DNA of 64,000 bases, taken from Escherichia phage SP27. A program made the translations under genes and the position numbers. Below, piece by piece: positions 6,107 to 17,677 of this stretch; the first letter of the stretch is position 1, and each line of letters starts with the position of its first letter. The notes beneath the pieces are model-generated. The model searched no databases. It worked only from the letters and a program-made list of their open reading frames with translations, and had not been told where the DNA came from. The DNA is taken from sequence record LC494302.1; one strand, 5' to 3'.

Positions 6107-8770
6107 ATGGCAGGAGATCTACTCTCACCTGGCGTTTCCATTTCAGTAACTGATGAAAGTATGAGTACCGCTGCTGCTCCTGGCACTGTACCACTATTTG
6201 TAATCGCTACTGCTGAAGACAAACTTGTCCCAGGAAGCAGTGCAATTGCTGCGGGAACTACTAAAGCAAACGCTGGAAAACTACAGCTTCTAACATCACA
6301 AAAAAGCTCACTTGATACCTATGGTACACCAATTTTTCAAATGAATAACGGTTCTGTTGTTCAAGGTGATGAACTAAACGAATATGGCCTACATGCAGTA
6401 TATTCTTATCTAGGCATTACTAACCGTGCATATGTAATTCGTGCTGATATCGATCTAGCACAACTAGCACCAAGTGCTGAAGCACCAACTGGCCCAGTAT
6501 CCAATGGTACTTTGTGGTTTGATACCGCACAATCACAAGTAGAAGCGTATGTAGCGAAGAAAGATAGTCCAAGCAGTTTTTATGATTGGCAACTTAAGCC
6601 AGTAACTATTGTAAGTGCTGAAGAAGTTGAAGATGTAAGTCTAGTAGGTTTAAATGTTGATGATTTAGTTCTACGTTACAAACCAAGCAATGGTCAGATG
6701 CTAATGTATAAACGTTCTGCTTCTGGGCTAGTGCAAATGGAAACTTATCTATCACCAATTAACAAAGTTCCAGTTGGCTCAACTGTAGAAAAAGGTAACA
6801 TTTGGATTCGTGATGGTTACACCCAAAATGGTTCAAACTATTTTGGTACTCGTTTTGTTATTAAACGTTATGCATCCCTAACTCAAGTTTGGAATATTGT
6901 ACCAGCATATACTGGTAATTCATTCCAAGAAATTGAAGCGAAAAGTGGTGTACTAAACAATAGTTATATCGCATCTCGTTTTGATGAAGATAGTAAGAGT
7001 TTCTCTTTCTATATTCAAAGTGCAAAACTAACAACAATTAGTGCTCCTGCTTTGCCACTTGGTGAAACTATTATTGAACAAGCAGGTGCTGATAGTTATA
7101 TGACTTTTGTTTATTTGAATAAATCAGTTAAAGTACTAGCAGTTCCACAAGGCGGTGTTATTAATACCCAAACTATCATCAATAATCTAAATGCAAATGT
7201 TGAAATTATTAACGATGGTTTTAAATTTAAACGTGAAACTAATGGTGGTTTAGTTGTTTCCAATACAAAAGGTTACAGTTTCAAAATCACACAAAGTGGT
7301 GATGATATTTTTGCTGAATCTGAACTACAAAAACTAACAGTAGATAGTAACAACTACTCTCTAATTAACGTGAATAACTTCCGTGTTAGTTATTCAGTAC
7401 CACGTAGTGTAGCAAAAGAAGGAACTCTCTGGTATGATTTCGGGAACTCCGATAATCTAACTGTAACTATGTATGTTGCTGATGTTGCTAATGATGAATG
7501 GGATCTAGTACAAGAAGAAAACAAATATGTACAAGTTGATGAACCAGCGGCTGACCGTTTAATTTGGGTTTGTCCTTTATCCCAAGGCATTGATGGTTAT
7601 GATTTCTATCGTAACGTTGATGGTGAATGGGTTAAACTTGACAGTACTGATCAAAGTACACTAAATGGTATGATTTTCCAAGACTTTAATTTCCCAAGCC
7701 AAGTTCCTGCTGCGGCATTGTATCAAAATGGTATGCTTGCAGTTGACCTAGGTAACACTGAAGGTGTTGTTAAGAAAATGGTTAATGGTCAATGGGAAGT
7801 TGTTAGTGGTGTAAGTCTTGATGGTGCTGGCCTATTTGGTCGTGCTGCACAACGTCAACTAGTAGTTGAAGCACTAGCTGCTGTTATTATTGGTAATGAT
7901 GACATTCGTTCTGAATTTATTGATTTTAACCTAATTTGTGTACCTGGTTACGTTGAAACACTTGATGAATGTGTAACTTTAAACACTGATCGTAAAGAAA
8001 CTGCATTTATTGTTACTGACGTTCCAGCACGTTTGAATCCAACTGGAAACGGTAGTGCTGTACAACAATGGGCTACTAATGCTAACAATGCACCAAGCAA
8101 CGGTTCAGTTGGTCGTACAACTGCTTATGATTATGCTGCTCAGTATATGGGTTGGTGTCTAAGTACTAACGTTGATGGTGAAGAAGTTGCAGTTCCTGGT
8201 AGTACTATTGCAATGCGTACATATGCATACAGTGATAGTGTTAGTTATGTATGGTATCCACCTGCTGGTACAACTCGTGGTGTTGTAACAAACGCTGCAA
8301 GTACTGGTTTTATCAACAGCGAAGGTGAATATCAACCAGTAGTATACAACCAAGGTCAACGTGACGTTATGTATACTAACAACATTAACCCAATTGCAAT
8401 GCGTCCTAACCGTGGTTTGCTTGTTTATGGAGATAAAACTCTATCTGCTAATCAAACTTCTGCACTAAGTCGTGTTAACGTTGCTCGTTTAGTTGTTTAT
8501 ATTCGTCGTCAACTAGAAATTATTTCCGAACCATTCCTATTCCGTTTGAATACTCCAAGTACTCGTCAGGAATTTAGTGGTGTAGTTAATAGCTTCTTGG
8601 CTGAAATTGTTCAACAACAGGGTCTTTATAACTTCGCAGTGGTTTGTGATGAAAGTAACAACACCGCAGAGCGTATTGACCGTAATGAACTTTGGATGGA
8701 TATTGCAATTCAACCAACTAAGAGTATTAACTTCATTTACGTACCAATCCGTATCGAGAAAACTCAATAA
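6107..8770 (+). CDS. Contractile tail sheath protein (T4 gp18 family, extended to 887 aa)
   Basis: C-terminus VARLVVYIRRQLE…FAVVCDESNNTAERIDRNELWMDIAIQPTKSINFIYV parallels the recalled T4 gp18 RVVCDTTNNTPSVIDRNEF…IQPARSINYI. Confidence 0.9.
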   Translation: MAGDLLSPGVSISVTDESMSTAAAPGTVPLFVIATAEDKLVPGSSAIAAGTTKANAGKLQLLTSQKSSLDTYGTPIFQMNNGSVVQGDELNEYGLHAVYSYLGITNRAYVIRADIDLAQLAPSAEAPTGPVSNGTLWFDTAQSQVEAYVAKKDSPSSFYDWQLKPVTIVSAEEVEDVSLVGLNVDDLVLRYKPSNGQMLMYKRSASGLVQMETYLSPINKVPVGSTVEKGNIWIRDGYTQNGSNYFGTRFVIKRYASLTQVWNIVPAYTGNSFQEIEAKSGVLNNSYIASRFDEDSKSFSFYIQSAKLTTISAPALPLGETIIEQAGADSYMTFVYLNKSVKVLAVPQGGVINTQTIINNLNANVEIINDGFKFKRETNGGLVVSNTKGYSFKITQSGDDIFAESELQKLTVDSNNYSLINVNNFRVSYSVPRSVAKEGTLWYDFGNSDNLTVTMYVADVANDEWDLVQEENKYVQVDEPAADRLIWVCPLSQGIDGYDFYRNVDGEWVKLDSTDQSTLNGMIFQDFNFPSQVPAAALYQNGMLAVDLGNTEGVVKKMVNGQWEVVSGVSLDGAGLFGRAAQRQLVVEALAAVIIGNDDIRSEFIDFNLICVPGYVETLDECVTLNTDRKETAFIVTDVPARLNPTGNGSAVQQWATNANNAPSNGSVGRTTAYDYAAQYMGWCLSTNVDGEEVAVPGSTIAMRTYAYSDSVSYVWYPPAGTTRGVVTNAASTGFINSEGEYQPVVYNQGQRDVMYTNNINPIAMRPNRGLLVYGDKTLSANQTSALSRVNVARLVVYIRRQLEIISEPFLFRLNTPSTRQEFSGVVNSFLAEIVQQQGLYNFAVVCDESNNTAERIDRNELWMDIAIQPTKSINFIYVPIRIEKTQ

Positions 8771-8776
8771 AACACT

Positions 8777-8806
8777 AAGGGAACCTTTTGGTTCCCTTTT
8801 TTATTG
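8777..8806 (+). terminator. Rho-independent terminator after the sheath gene
   Basis: AGGGAACC-TTTT-GGTTCCCT followed by TTTTTTATT. Confidence 0.6.
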
Positions 8807-8849
8807 ATTAAAATTAAATACCTTTATATTGATGTTATAAAGGAACATT

Positions 8850-8975
8850 ATGGATATGGAAGAAATACTAAAAAAAACAATACAAGATGTCAGTAAAATA
8901 GTTTTAACTCAGTTGGAATCAGTACACATACTAAATATATTTTTAAAAAATTTGGAAGATTGTCGGTATAATTGA
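8850..8975 (+). CDS. Possible small ORF (41 aa) in the sheath-tube intergenic region
   Basis: ATG 8850 after AAAGGAAC; MDMEEILKKTIQDVSKIVLTQLESVHILNIFLKNLEDCRYN; below the ORF-track cutoff. Confidence 0.2.
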   Translation: MDMEEILKKTIQDVSKIVLTQLESVHILNIFLKNLEDCRYN

Positions 8976-9165
8976 AAAATACGAAGTATACACAAATGGA
9001 AAATGGTCTATATCAGTAAACTATATTGACCACACTAAACGAAAAAGATACTTATATTGTGTTAATATTAATTGGTTCCCTGTTGATGACACTTTAGTTA
9101 ATTAAAAATATACTTCCAGATAGATAAATAATATAAAGATGTCATTCCATAATAGGAGAATATAA

Positions 9166-9852
9166 ATGGCTACAATGCTTGATCGATATGGCGTACCGCT
9201 CGCTGGCGGTGGTCGTATCTCTATGAAACAACCAAAAGCAAAATACAAATTTCGTGTTATTTTCTTTGGTTTTGGTACTAATGATGATGGTAATATGATT
9301 ACACTAGACACCAATACAGTTGGGGCAGTATCTGTATCACATGAAAATGTTACTGTTCATAGTTACAACAGTTCTGCACACTATAAAGGTAAGTACACTT
9401 GGGATACAATTGATGTTGCTTTCCGTGACTCAGTAGGTAATGCTTCTGCTAAAGCACTATACAACCAAATGCGTAAAGAATTCAACTACTACAGTCAAGA
9501 ATCTCGCATGACAGATTCACAATTTAAATTTGAAATGTGGATTCAAGAGCTTGATGGTTCTAATAGTGAAAATACAACAAACTTGTTTGAAGGAACATTG
9601 AGTACTTGGGTATGTCAAGGTTGCTTTATTGAATCCAGCAACTTTGGTGATTGGGATTATTCCTCAAGTGAAGCACAAGTTATTTCAATGACTGTTCAAC
9701 CAGATGGTTGTGCTAAATTGGGTCCAAATGGCGAAGCGTTCGGTGATGAAGTTAGTGGCTTCGGTAATCCATCAACTGCTACCTCTATTTCTGGTGCACA
9801 AACTAATATTAGTAGTACTACTCTACCAGATAGTAACTTCTACGAAAATTAA
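9166..9852 (+). CDS. Tail tube protein (paralog 1)
   Basis: Directly downstream of the sheath gene; YGVPLAGGGRISMKQPKAKYKFRVIFFGFG is shared with the next gene. Confidence 0.55.
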   Translation: MATMLDRYGVPLAGGGRISMKQPKAKYKFRVIFFGFGTNDDGNMITLDTNTVGAVSVSHENVTVHSYNSSAHYKGKYTWDTIDVAFRDSVGNASAKALYNQMRKEFNYYSQESRMTDSQFKFEMWIQELDGSNSENTTNLFEGTLSTWVCQGCFIESSNFGDWDYSSSEAQVISMTVQPDGCAKLGPNGEAFGDEVSGFGNPSTATSISGAQTNISSTTLPDSNFYEN

Positions 9853-9873
9853 TTTTATTTAAACTTAATATAT

Positions 9874-9903
9874 AGCCTCGAATCTATTCGGGGCTTTTTT
9901 TAT
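9874..9903 (+). terminator. Rho-independent terminator
   Basis: AGCCTCGAA-TCTA-TTCGGGGCT hairpin followed by T7. Confidence 0.55.
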
Positions 9904-9946
9904 GCTAAATAAAGTATAATGCCTTATAAAATAAAAAGAGGTTGCT

Positions 9947-10723
9947 ATGGCAAATAACATGATTAATAAATATGGCGTTCCTTTACCATCGGGGCGTAAT
10001 CGTTCAATGCTACAACCGAAAGCAAAATACAAGTTTCGTGTTATTGTGTATAATTTCGGTACTGATATAGATGAACGTGATCACATCGCATTAGATGTTG
10101 ATAAAATTGATAGACCTACTGTAACATTTAGTACTCATAAACTATATCAATTTACTACTAATACTTCCTATATAGGTAGTCATGATTGGGAACCAATTAC
10201 AATATCTATCCGTGATTCAGTTGGTAATGCATCAGCAAAAGCATTATCACGACAATTACAAAAACAACTTGACTTTCAACGTAGAATAACTTCCAGAAAT
10301 GACCAAGATTATGGTTCTTATAAATTTGGTTTGGTTATACAGATGTTGAGTGGACGTAACTCAGATGATACACTAGGAAATCTAGGAAGAGATACTCTAG
10401 TAGATGCTGCAACTGCTGCAACAAATAATTCTGGCTTAGTAAATGCAGTAGATCAATTTATTGGTGGTTCTTCATATAACAGTGCTGGTGTTATGGAATA
10501 CTTTGTTTTAACCGGATGTGTTATTCAAAACATATCATACGATTCATTAGATTATAGCTCAAGTTCTCCAGTTGAAATGGTAGTTACTATCAAACCAGAT
10601 AATTGTATACAATTTGATAATATTGAAGAAATGTATAGTACCAGAATTAATTCACTTTTACCTGAAAATGTCAATCAAGGTTTAGATATCATTGATCGTG
10701 TTTTTGGTAGTGTAGGATTTTAA
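9947..10723 (+). CDS. Tail tube protein (paralog 2)
   Basis: YGVPLPSGRNRSMLQPKAKYKFRVIVYNFG parallels the previous gene; RBS AAGAGG. Confidence 0.55.
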   Translation: MANNMINKYGVPLPSGRNRSMLQPKAKYKFRVIVYNFGTDIDERDHIALDVDKIDRPTVTFSTHKLYQFTTNTSYIGSHDWEPITISIRDSVGNASAKALSRQLQKQLDFQRRITSRNDQDYGSYKFGLVIQMLSGRNSDDTLGNLGRDTLVDAATAATNNSGLVNAVDQFIGGSSYNSAGVMEYFVLTGCVIQNISYDSLDYSSSSPVEMVVTIKPDNCIQFDNIEEMYSTRINSLLPENVNQGLDIIDRVFGSVGF

Positions 10724-10734
10724 GGAGATAATGA

Positions 10735-12842
<2,108 letters not shown>

Positions 12843-12869
12843 CTTAAACGACCTTATGGAGTTATTAAA

Positions 12870-13406
12870 ATGAATAGATTACAACAAATCCTAACTGAAA
12901 AGAAACCAGTTTATGAATACCGAGTTAAGTTTGCAGTTGAACCAACACCTGAGCAACTTAGTAAAGTAACACAGCGACTAATGGATCGCTATGATGCGTT
13001 TGAAATTGGAGCACTAAAGAAAACAATTTTTATGGAAAAACCATTAGATTTCTATGAATTAGATTGTGGTGAAATTTGGATGTTTGACTTTAAATGTCAT
13101 CGTGGCGTTCAATCAAATGTACTAATGTATGAAATTGGCAATTTACTAAGCATGACAGAAGCATTGATTCGTGTTCGTAGTAAAGATGAACCTCGTCAAA
13201 TTGAAATGACTGATTTGGAAGATGATATCGATTTTGATGATGTTGATGAACCAGTTATTGGAGTGGATTTTGGTAAACCAGAAGACAGTTATGACTTAGC
13301 TGGACAACAACGTGCAAACACTGCCGTTGATGATGCAATTGAAGCATCGAAAAAAGACAATAAATACTCTCAATATATGAGTGCTGGTTTTGGTAAAAAG
13401 GATTAA
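12870..13406 (+). CDS. Hypothetical protein (178 aa)
   Basis: ORF with RBS; acidic mid-region (DLEDDIDFDDVDEP). Confidence 0.5.
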   Translation: MNRLQQILTEKKPVYEYRVKFAVEPTPEQLSKVTQRLMDRYDAFEIGALKKTIFMEKPLDFYELDCGEIWMFDFKCHRGVQSNVLMYEIGNLLSMTEALIRVRSKDEPRQIEMTDLEDDIDFDDVDEPVIGVDFGKPEDSYDLAGQQRANTAVDDAIEASKKDNKYSQYMSAGFGKKD

Positions 13407-13409
13407 CAC

Positions 13410-13952
13410 ATGAGTATACTTAATGAAATGTTAGATTATGAAGACAATGAGTTAAATGAAGCTCGTCCTTATAGTCGTTCACAAAGTGCAGTTGATAGTG
13501 CAAAAGGAAAAGTAAAAGGCTTTTTTGGTAGTGGACAGATTGAACAAGGTGCACAAGAAGTTGGTGCTGAAGCCAACCGCTTATGGGCAGAGTTTAAACG
13601 TTATGTTGGACGTAAATATGGTAAAGCTCAACCATCAGTACCTTACGCTGATGTGGCACAGTTTTTTAAAGGTAACAATCTTGATATTAAACATTTAGGG
13701 AACAATCCTCGTCGTTCTTTTACACCAAAAGATGTAGGTACTGCTCTATTAAATGCTGCTCGTGATATAATGAATGACTACCGTGACCAACAAGGTGGCG
13801 AAGAAAGTTCAGAATCACAACCATCACAATCGACCTCAACTGAGCAACCAGCACAACAAGAACAACCAAAAGCACAAGGTTCCAGTATCCCTGATGCTCT
13901 ACAAAAATTAAGTCCAGAGCAACGCGACCAACTGTTACGTATGCTTTCTTAA
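13410..13952 (+). CDS. Hypothetical protein with a Q/S/E-rich tail (180 aa)
   Basis: ORF with AAGGAT RBS. Confidence 0.5.
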   Translation: MSILNEMLDYEDNELNEARPYSRSQSAVDSAKGKVKGFFGSGQIEQGAQEVGAEANRLWAEFKRYVGRKYGKAQPSVPYADVAQFFKGNNLDIKHLGNNPRRSFTPKDVGTALLNAARDIMNDYRDQQGGEESSESQPSQSTSTEQPAQQEQPKAQGSSIPDALQKLSPEQRDQLLRMLS

Positions 13953-13965
13953 GGAGAATCAACAC

Positions 13966-15483
13966 ATGGATAATTTTTTCAGTACTGAAACTACCACAGT
14001 TCCTAATGGATATGTATATACGTCACATACTGGTGCAAAATATGTATTTCTTGAAGGATTCTGGTTCAATGACAATAATATGTTAATGGTAGACCCTAGA
14101 AAATACCCATCCATGTACGCAAGTGCTCGACAACAGATTGTCGAGCACAATCTAGCTTCAAATGAATATAAGATTGGTAACAAATATATTGTTGAAGGTA
14201 AAGAGTGTACATTTATTGGTGAAAACCGTTTCAATTCAAAAGATGGAATTCTATTAACTGAAAGTGAATTCATCACTGAATTAATGGCAGATGATCATCG
14301 AGTATATAATGTTTCTAAAGAAACACTACAAAAAGAATGGAATGCATTAAAATTTTACATTCTTCCACCATATGCTGATGATATATCAATTCCAGCAGGT
14401 ATGGAAGTAAGTGGTTTTAAATTTGTGCCAAAGAATCACCGTTTTGTTGATATGAAATCAGGACGAGCAGTTGATCCAGCAATGACCCGTAAACTATCAG
14501 ATGAAGGTATGCGTATTGCTCGTCAGTTAGCTTCTAAAAATAAACTAATTCCAATCAAATCAACCTTAGTTCAAGGCAATACACGTTGTGAGTGGAATGG
14601 TAAAGAATTTTGTGATAATGATGGTAATGTAGTAATTCCAGAACAAAATGCACATGCAATTATTAATGCATATCAGCAATTTGTTAAGAATAACCCAAGT
14701 GATTTTCCTACATTAACGGGTGAACAAGAACATAGTGAGCAACGTTTTGGTTCAGGTGAAAAGCCACATAAAGCTTCACACCCTGCTAAACAGCCAGTAT
14801 TTGCAACTAAAGAATCAATTAATGAAGCAGATGAAGAAATTGAAGAATTTGAAAGCATTACTGTTCCTGACGGTTATAGAATGACTTCTTCTAAAGGAAA
14901 AACATACGCTAAGAAAAATAACTTGTGGTATGATATCGAAAGTAAAAAGCAACTTAACACAAGTGCTTCTAAAAGTGTTGAACGAGCAGCACAGCGTGAT
15001 ATTTTCCGTCATAACAATTCCGGTGCTATGAAAATCGGTACAAAAGTTAAATCCAAACAAGGCAAAGAATATTCGTATGTTGGTGGTGACAGATTCATTA
15101 GTGCTGATGGTAAGTTTATACCAAAAGCAACTGCTGCTAAATTACTTGCCAAATATGAACAAGATAAAGAAGTTAAAAGTGATGAAACACCTGAAGTAGA
15201 CTCTGGTACTGAGCAAATTCAATCAAAAGAAGAACCTAAGAAAGAACCAGAATCTGAACAAAAACCAGACGAAGTTTCTGAACCAGAAACTAAATCTGAA
15301 ACAATTGCTGGTGATGATGTACAATCATTAGCTTCTAAAATTAAAGAGTCACCTTATGCTAAAAAAATCACAGTACTACTAACTCGTGGTGATGAGGTTT
15401 CTCTACTTGCTGCTGACATTTTACTTTCAGGTAAAAAGGATGAAACAGTGCAAATTTTAAAATCATTAAATAATAATGATTGA
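13966..15483 (+). CDS. Hypothetical protein with two internal repeats (505 aa)
   Basis: TTVPNGYVYTSHTGAKY… repeats as ITVPDGYRMTSSKGKTY…; RBS AAGGAGA. Confidence 0.55.
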   Translation: MDNFFSTETTTVPNGYVYTSHTGAKYVFLEGFWFNDNNMLMVDPRKYPSMYASARQQIVEHNLASNEYKIGNKYIVEGKECTFIGENRFNSKDGILLTESEFITELMADDHRVYNVSKETLQKEWNALKFYILPPYADDISIPAGMEVSGFKFVPKNHRFVDMKSGRAVDPAMTRKLSDEGMRIARQLASKNKLIPIKSTLVQGNTRCEWNGKEFCDNDGNVVIPEQNAHAIINAYQQFVKNNPSDFPTLTGEQEHSEQRFGSGEKPHKASHPAKQPVFATKESINEADEEIEEFESITVPDGYRMTSSKGKTYAKKNNLWYDIESKKQLNTSASKSVERAAQRDIFRHNNSGAMKIGTKVKSKQGKEYSYVGGDRFISADGKFIPKATAAKLLAKYEQDKEVKSDETPEVDSGTEQIQSKEEPKKEPESEQKPDEVSEPETKSETIAGDDVQSLASKIKESPYAKKITVLLTRGDEVSLLAADILLSGKKDETVQILKSLNNND

Positions 15484-15505
15484 TAACTAAAAGGATTTAT
15501 TTAAA

Positions 15506-16486
15506 ATGGCTAAAAAAATTAATGAAGCACAAGTTAAAATCGATATCGCAGGTTTAGAATCTGATGATTTGGAAACTCTATCACGTATGTTAGCTCTTGC
15601 TGGTCAAGCTGAACGTCAAGACCCAGTAGTTGCCGCTCCAGTACCATCTATGGGGTCTATGACTCCATCTCTTCCACCTATTGCTCCACTAGATCTCGAT
15701 TCTATTGGTGCTGAAGAAGAAATTGGTGGAATTGAAACTTCAGTTGAAGACCCACTAGCAGCGGCAGTTGATGATCTTTCCGCTGATGTTGGTGATTTTG
15801 GTGCTGACACAGATGAAGTTAGTATGGATGCTGAATTTTCAGAACCAGGTGTAGAAGGTGAAGAAGATTTTTCTCTTGACCTTAGTGGTCAACCTCAACT
15901 AGAATCAGTTGAAGAAGACGATGAGGAAGAAGAAGAAATTATTGAAGAAGAATTCGATTTTAGTCGTATGCTATCTCTTGCTGGTATTAACGAAGAAGAA
16001 GACGAAGATTTTTCAGTAGAGGGTAATCCTGCTACCGATAAAGAAATGAAAGATACCCAATTTCTACCAGATCTAAGTATCTCTGAAGATGAAGAACCAT
16101 CTAACAGTACTGATTATGGTCCATATGATACAGAAGCTGATGCCGTTCGTGATGGTCAACTAAAGACTAATGGTGTTGAAGGTGACCATTTTGTTGTAAT
16201 TGCAAAAGGCAATCAATTTTATTGGAGACGTGTTGTAGATGAAGATCTTGACAATCGTCCAGAACCTGAGTATTATGATAATGAAGGGAACGAAAATCGT
16301 GTTCATAAATTTGAACCAAAATTCCCAGGCACTGCATTAGGAGATAACCCACTAAATGTTAATGAAAGTGAAGAAGATGATTCACCTGAAGGTAACATTG
16401 ACTTGGAAGATGATTCTGATGAAGAAGTAGAAGATATTTTTGAAAGTCTCCAAGAAAAATACAAGAAATTTTTAGGAGACAAATAA
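15506..16486 (+). CDS. Hyper-acidic protein (D/E-rich; candidate DNA mimic or scaffold/internal protein)
   Basis: Long D/E runs (EEDDEEEEEIIEEEFDF) and a repeated SRMLALAG / SRMLSLAG motif. Confidence 0.55.
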   Translation: MAKKINEAQVKIDIAGLESDDLETLSRMLALAGQAERQDPVVAAPVPSMGSMTPSLPPIAPLDLDSIGAEEEIGGIETSVEDPLAAAVDDLSADVGDFGADTDEVSMDAEFSEPGVEGEEDFSLDLSGQPQLESVEEDDEEEEEIIEEEFDFSRMLSLAGINEEEDEDFSVEGNPATDKEMKDTQFLPDLSISEDEEPSNSTDYGPYDTEADAVRDGQLKTNGVEGDHFVVIAKGNQFYWRRVVDEDLDNRPEPEYYDNEGNENRVHKFEPKFPGTALGDNPLNVNESEEDDSPEGNIDLEDDSDEEVEDIFESLQEKYKKFLGDK

Positions 16487-16487
16487 T

Positions 16488-16883
16488 ATGCAATATAATT
16501 ATCGTGAACTAGTTGAAGCGTTAGACGAAATTACCGGAAGAGATGAAGACGAAAGTTTTTCAGTTGAAGTTGAATCCGATGTTGTAGCAGTTGATGTTCT
16601 TAAGGATATTACCAAATGTCTTATTGATATTGTTGATAAGATTAAATCTGGTGAAGACCAAAAAGAAATTGTAGATAAACTACAAAAAGCCTGTGACATT
16701 TTGTCTGACATTCGATATAATGATGAAAGTACTGAAGTTGCTGATGAAGAAGTGTTGGAAGCCATTGCAGGTTGTTTTGGAACTGAAGGTATGGGACCAA
16801 CAATTGACAAAGAAGGCGTACAACACTATAATGAGCCTGGTGCACCATCATATGCTGCACGTCAAGGTTTTGTTGGAGACTAA
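16488..16883 (+). CDS. Acidic hypothetical protein (131 aa)
   Basis: ORF with RBS GGAGAC; overlaps the upstream stop. Confidence 0.5.
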   Translation: MQYNYRELVEALDEITGRDEDESFSVEVESDVVAVDVLKDITKCLIDIVDKIKSGEDQKEIVDKLQKACDILSDIRYNDESTEVADEEVLEAIAGCFGTEGMGPTIDKEGVQHYNEPGAPSYAARQGFVGD

Positions 16884-16886
16884 TAT

Positions 16887-17267
16887 ATGTTTCCAGAACC
16901 ATCACATAACAGTACTGAATATCAAAATAATGTACTTTCCAAAGTTAGGGAAGTACATGAATCAGATTCAGAAATAACAGACCGTATGCTTCTGATGTCA
17001 ATTTTTGAAAATTTCAGAACTGGCGGTGGTTTACGTCTTAGCAAGTTTGGGTATGGAATTTGTAAAGAAAATAATCTTTATGAATTTACAAAAATCCCCT
17101 TGCAAAGAGAATTTAAAAGTTCTATAATGTTTACATCACTTGACAGAATATGTACTTCACCTTATTATGTTGAAGGTCAGTACATATATCTGACAGATGC
17201 AATGATAATAACTGAATTAACATTGTGTTGTGACGATTTTAAACAGTTATTTTCTATTCATATGTAA
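16887..17267 (+). CDS. Hypothetical protein (126 aa)
   Basis: ORF with RBS GGAGAC. Confidence 0.45.
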   Translation: MFPEPSHNSTEYQNNVLSKVREVHESDSEITDRMLLMSIFENFRTGGGLRLSKFGYGICKENNLYEFTKIPLQREFKSSIMFTSLDRICTSPYYVEGQYIYLTDAMIITELTLCCDDFKQLFSIHM

Positions 17268-17291
17268 GAAAAAATGAATTAAAAATAAATG

Positions 17292-17319
17292 TTGACAAGA
17301 TAGAATGATGTGATACAAT
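17292..17319 (+). promoter_or_regulatory. Sigma70-like promoter (TTGACA-16-TACAAT), diverged first copy of the array
   Basis: TTGACAAGATAGAATGATGTGATACAAT. Confidence 0.5.
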
Positions 17320-17386
17320 AAGCATCAGACATAAAGTTTTCAAGCGACACAAGATGTGAGTTTGAAAAAAAAAAGAAAAAAAGTGA

Positions 17387-17414
17387 TTGACAAGTTGAAA
17401 CGATGTGATATAAT
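17387..17414 (+). promoter_or_regulatory. Strong sigma70-like promoter (repeat copy 1)
   Basis: TTGACA 17387-17392, 16-nt spacer, extended -10 TGATATAAT; upstream A-tract resembles an UP element. Confidence 0.55.
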
Positions 17415-17480
17415 GTTCACATCAAGACAGCAAAGAGATTTACCTTTTAAACACACGGAAAAAAAAAAGAAAAAAAGTGA

Positions 17481-17508
17481 TTGACAAGTTGAAACGATGT
17501 GATATAAT
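17481..17508 (+). promoter_or_regulatory. Strong sigma70-like promoter (repeat copy 2)
   Basis: Identical to copy 1, 94 bp downstream. Confidence 0.55.
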
Positions 17509-17569
17509 GTTCACATCAAGACAGCAAAGAGATTTACCTTTTAAACACACGGATGATTCATGAAGTAAC

Positions 17570-17617
17570 AAAGGAACTGATAAGTTAAATTATTTTAACA
17601 CAGTTCCTTTACTTTTG
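17570..17617 (+). terminator. Hairpin plus U-tract between the promoter array and the proximal promoter (terminator or attenuator-like)
   Basis: AAAGGAACTG-(21-nt loop)-CAGTTCCTTT followed by ACTTTTG. Confidence 0.35.
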
Positions 17618-17636
17618 CCCACGGATTGGCTATAAT
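17608..17636 (+). promoter_or_regulatory. Sigma70-like promoter proximal to the AAA+ gene (TTTACT-17-TATAAT)
   Basis: TTTACTTTTGCCCACGGATTGGCTATAAT about 40 nt upstream of ATG 17678. Confidence 0.45.
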
Positions 17637-17677
17637 AGAAACTTAAACGATTTTATCCAACAAAAGGAAATATATAC

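Larger units (their letters stand above)
17365..17552 (+). repeat. Perfect tandem duplication, 2 x 94 bp, each copy carrying an A-tract, TTGACA-16-TATAAT and about 45 nt of downstream sequence
   Basis: 17365-17458 and 17459-17552 are identical by eye; unit starts with A10-G-A7 then GTGATTGACAAGTTGAAACGATGTGATATAATGTTCACATC…. Confidence 0.85.

Noticed and set aside
17400-17425. TGTGA…TCACA palindrome around the -10 of the repeated promoters as a CRP site
   Set aside because: Half-site spacing is 8 nt rather than the 6 nt of CRP sites, and TG-n-TATAAT is better explained as an extended -10; a phage-specific operator is possible but unsupported.
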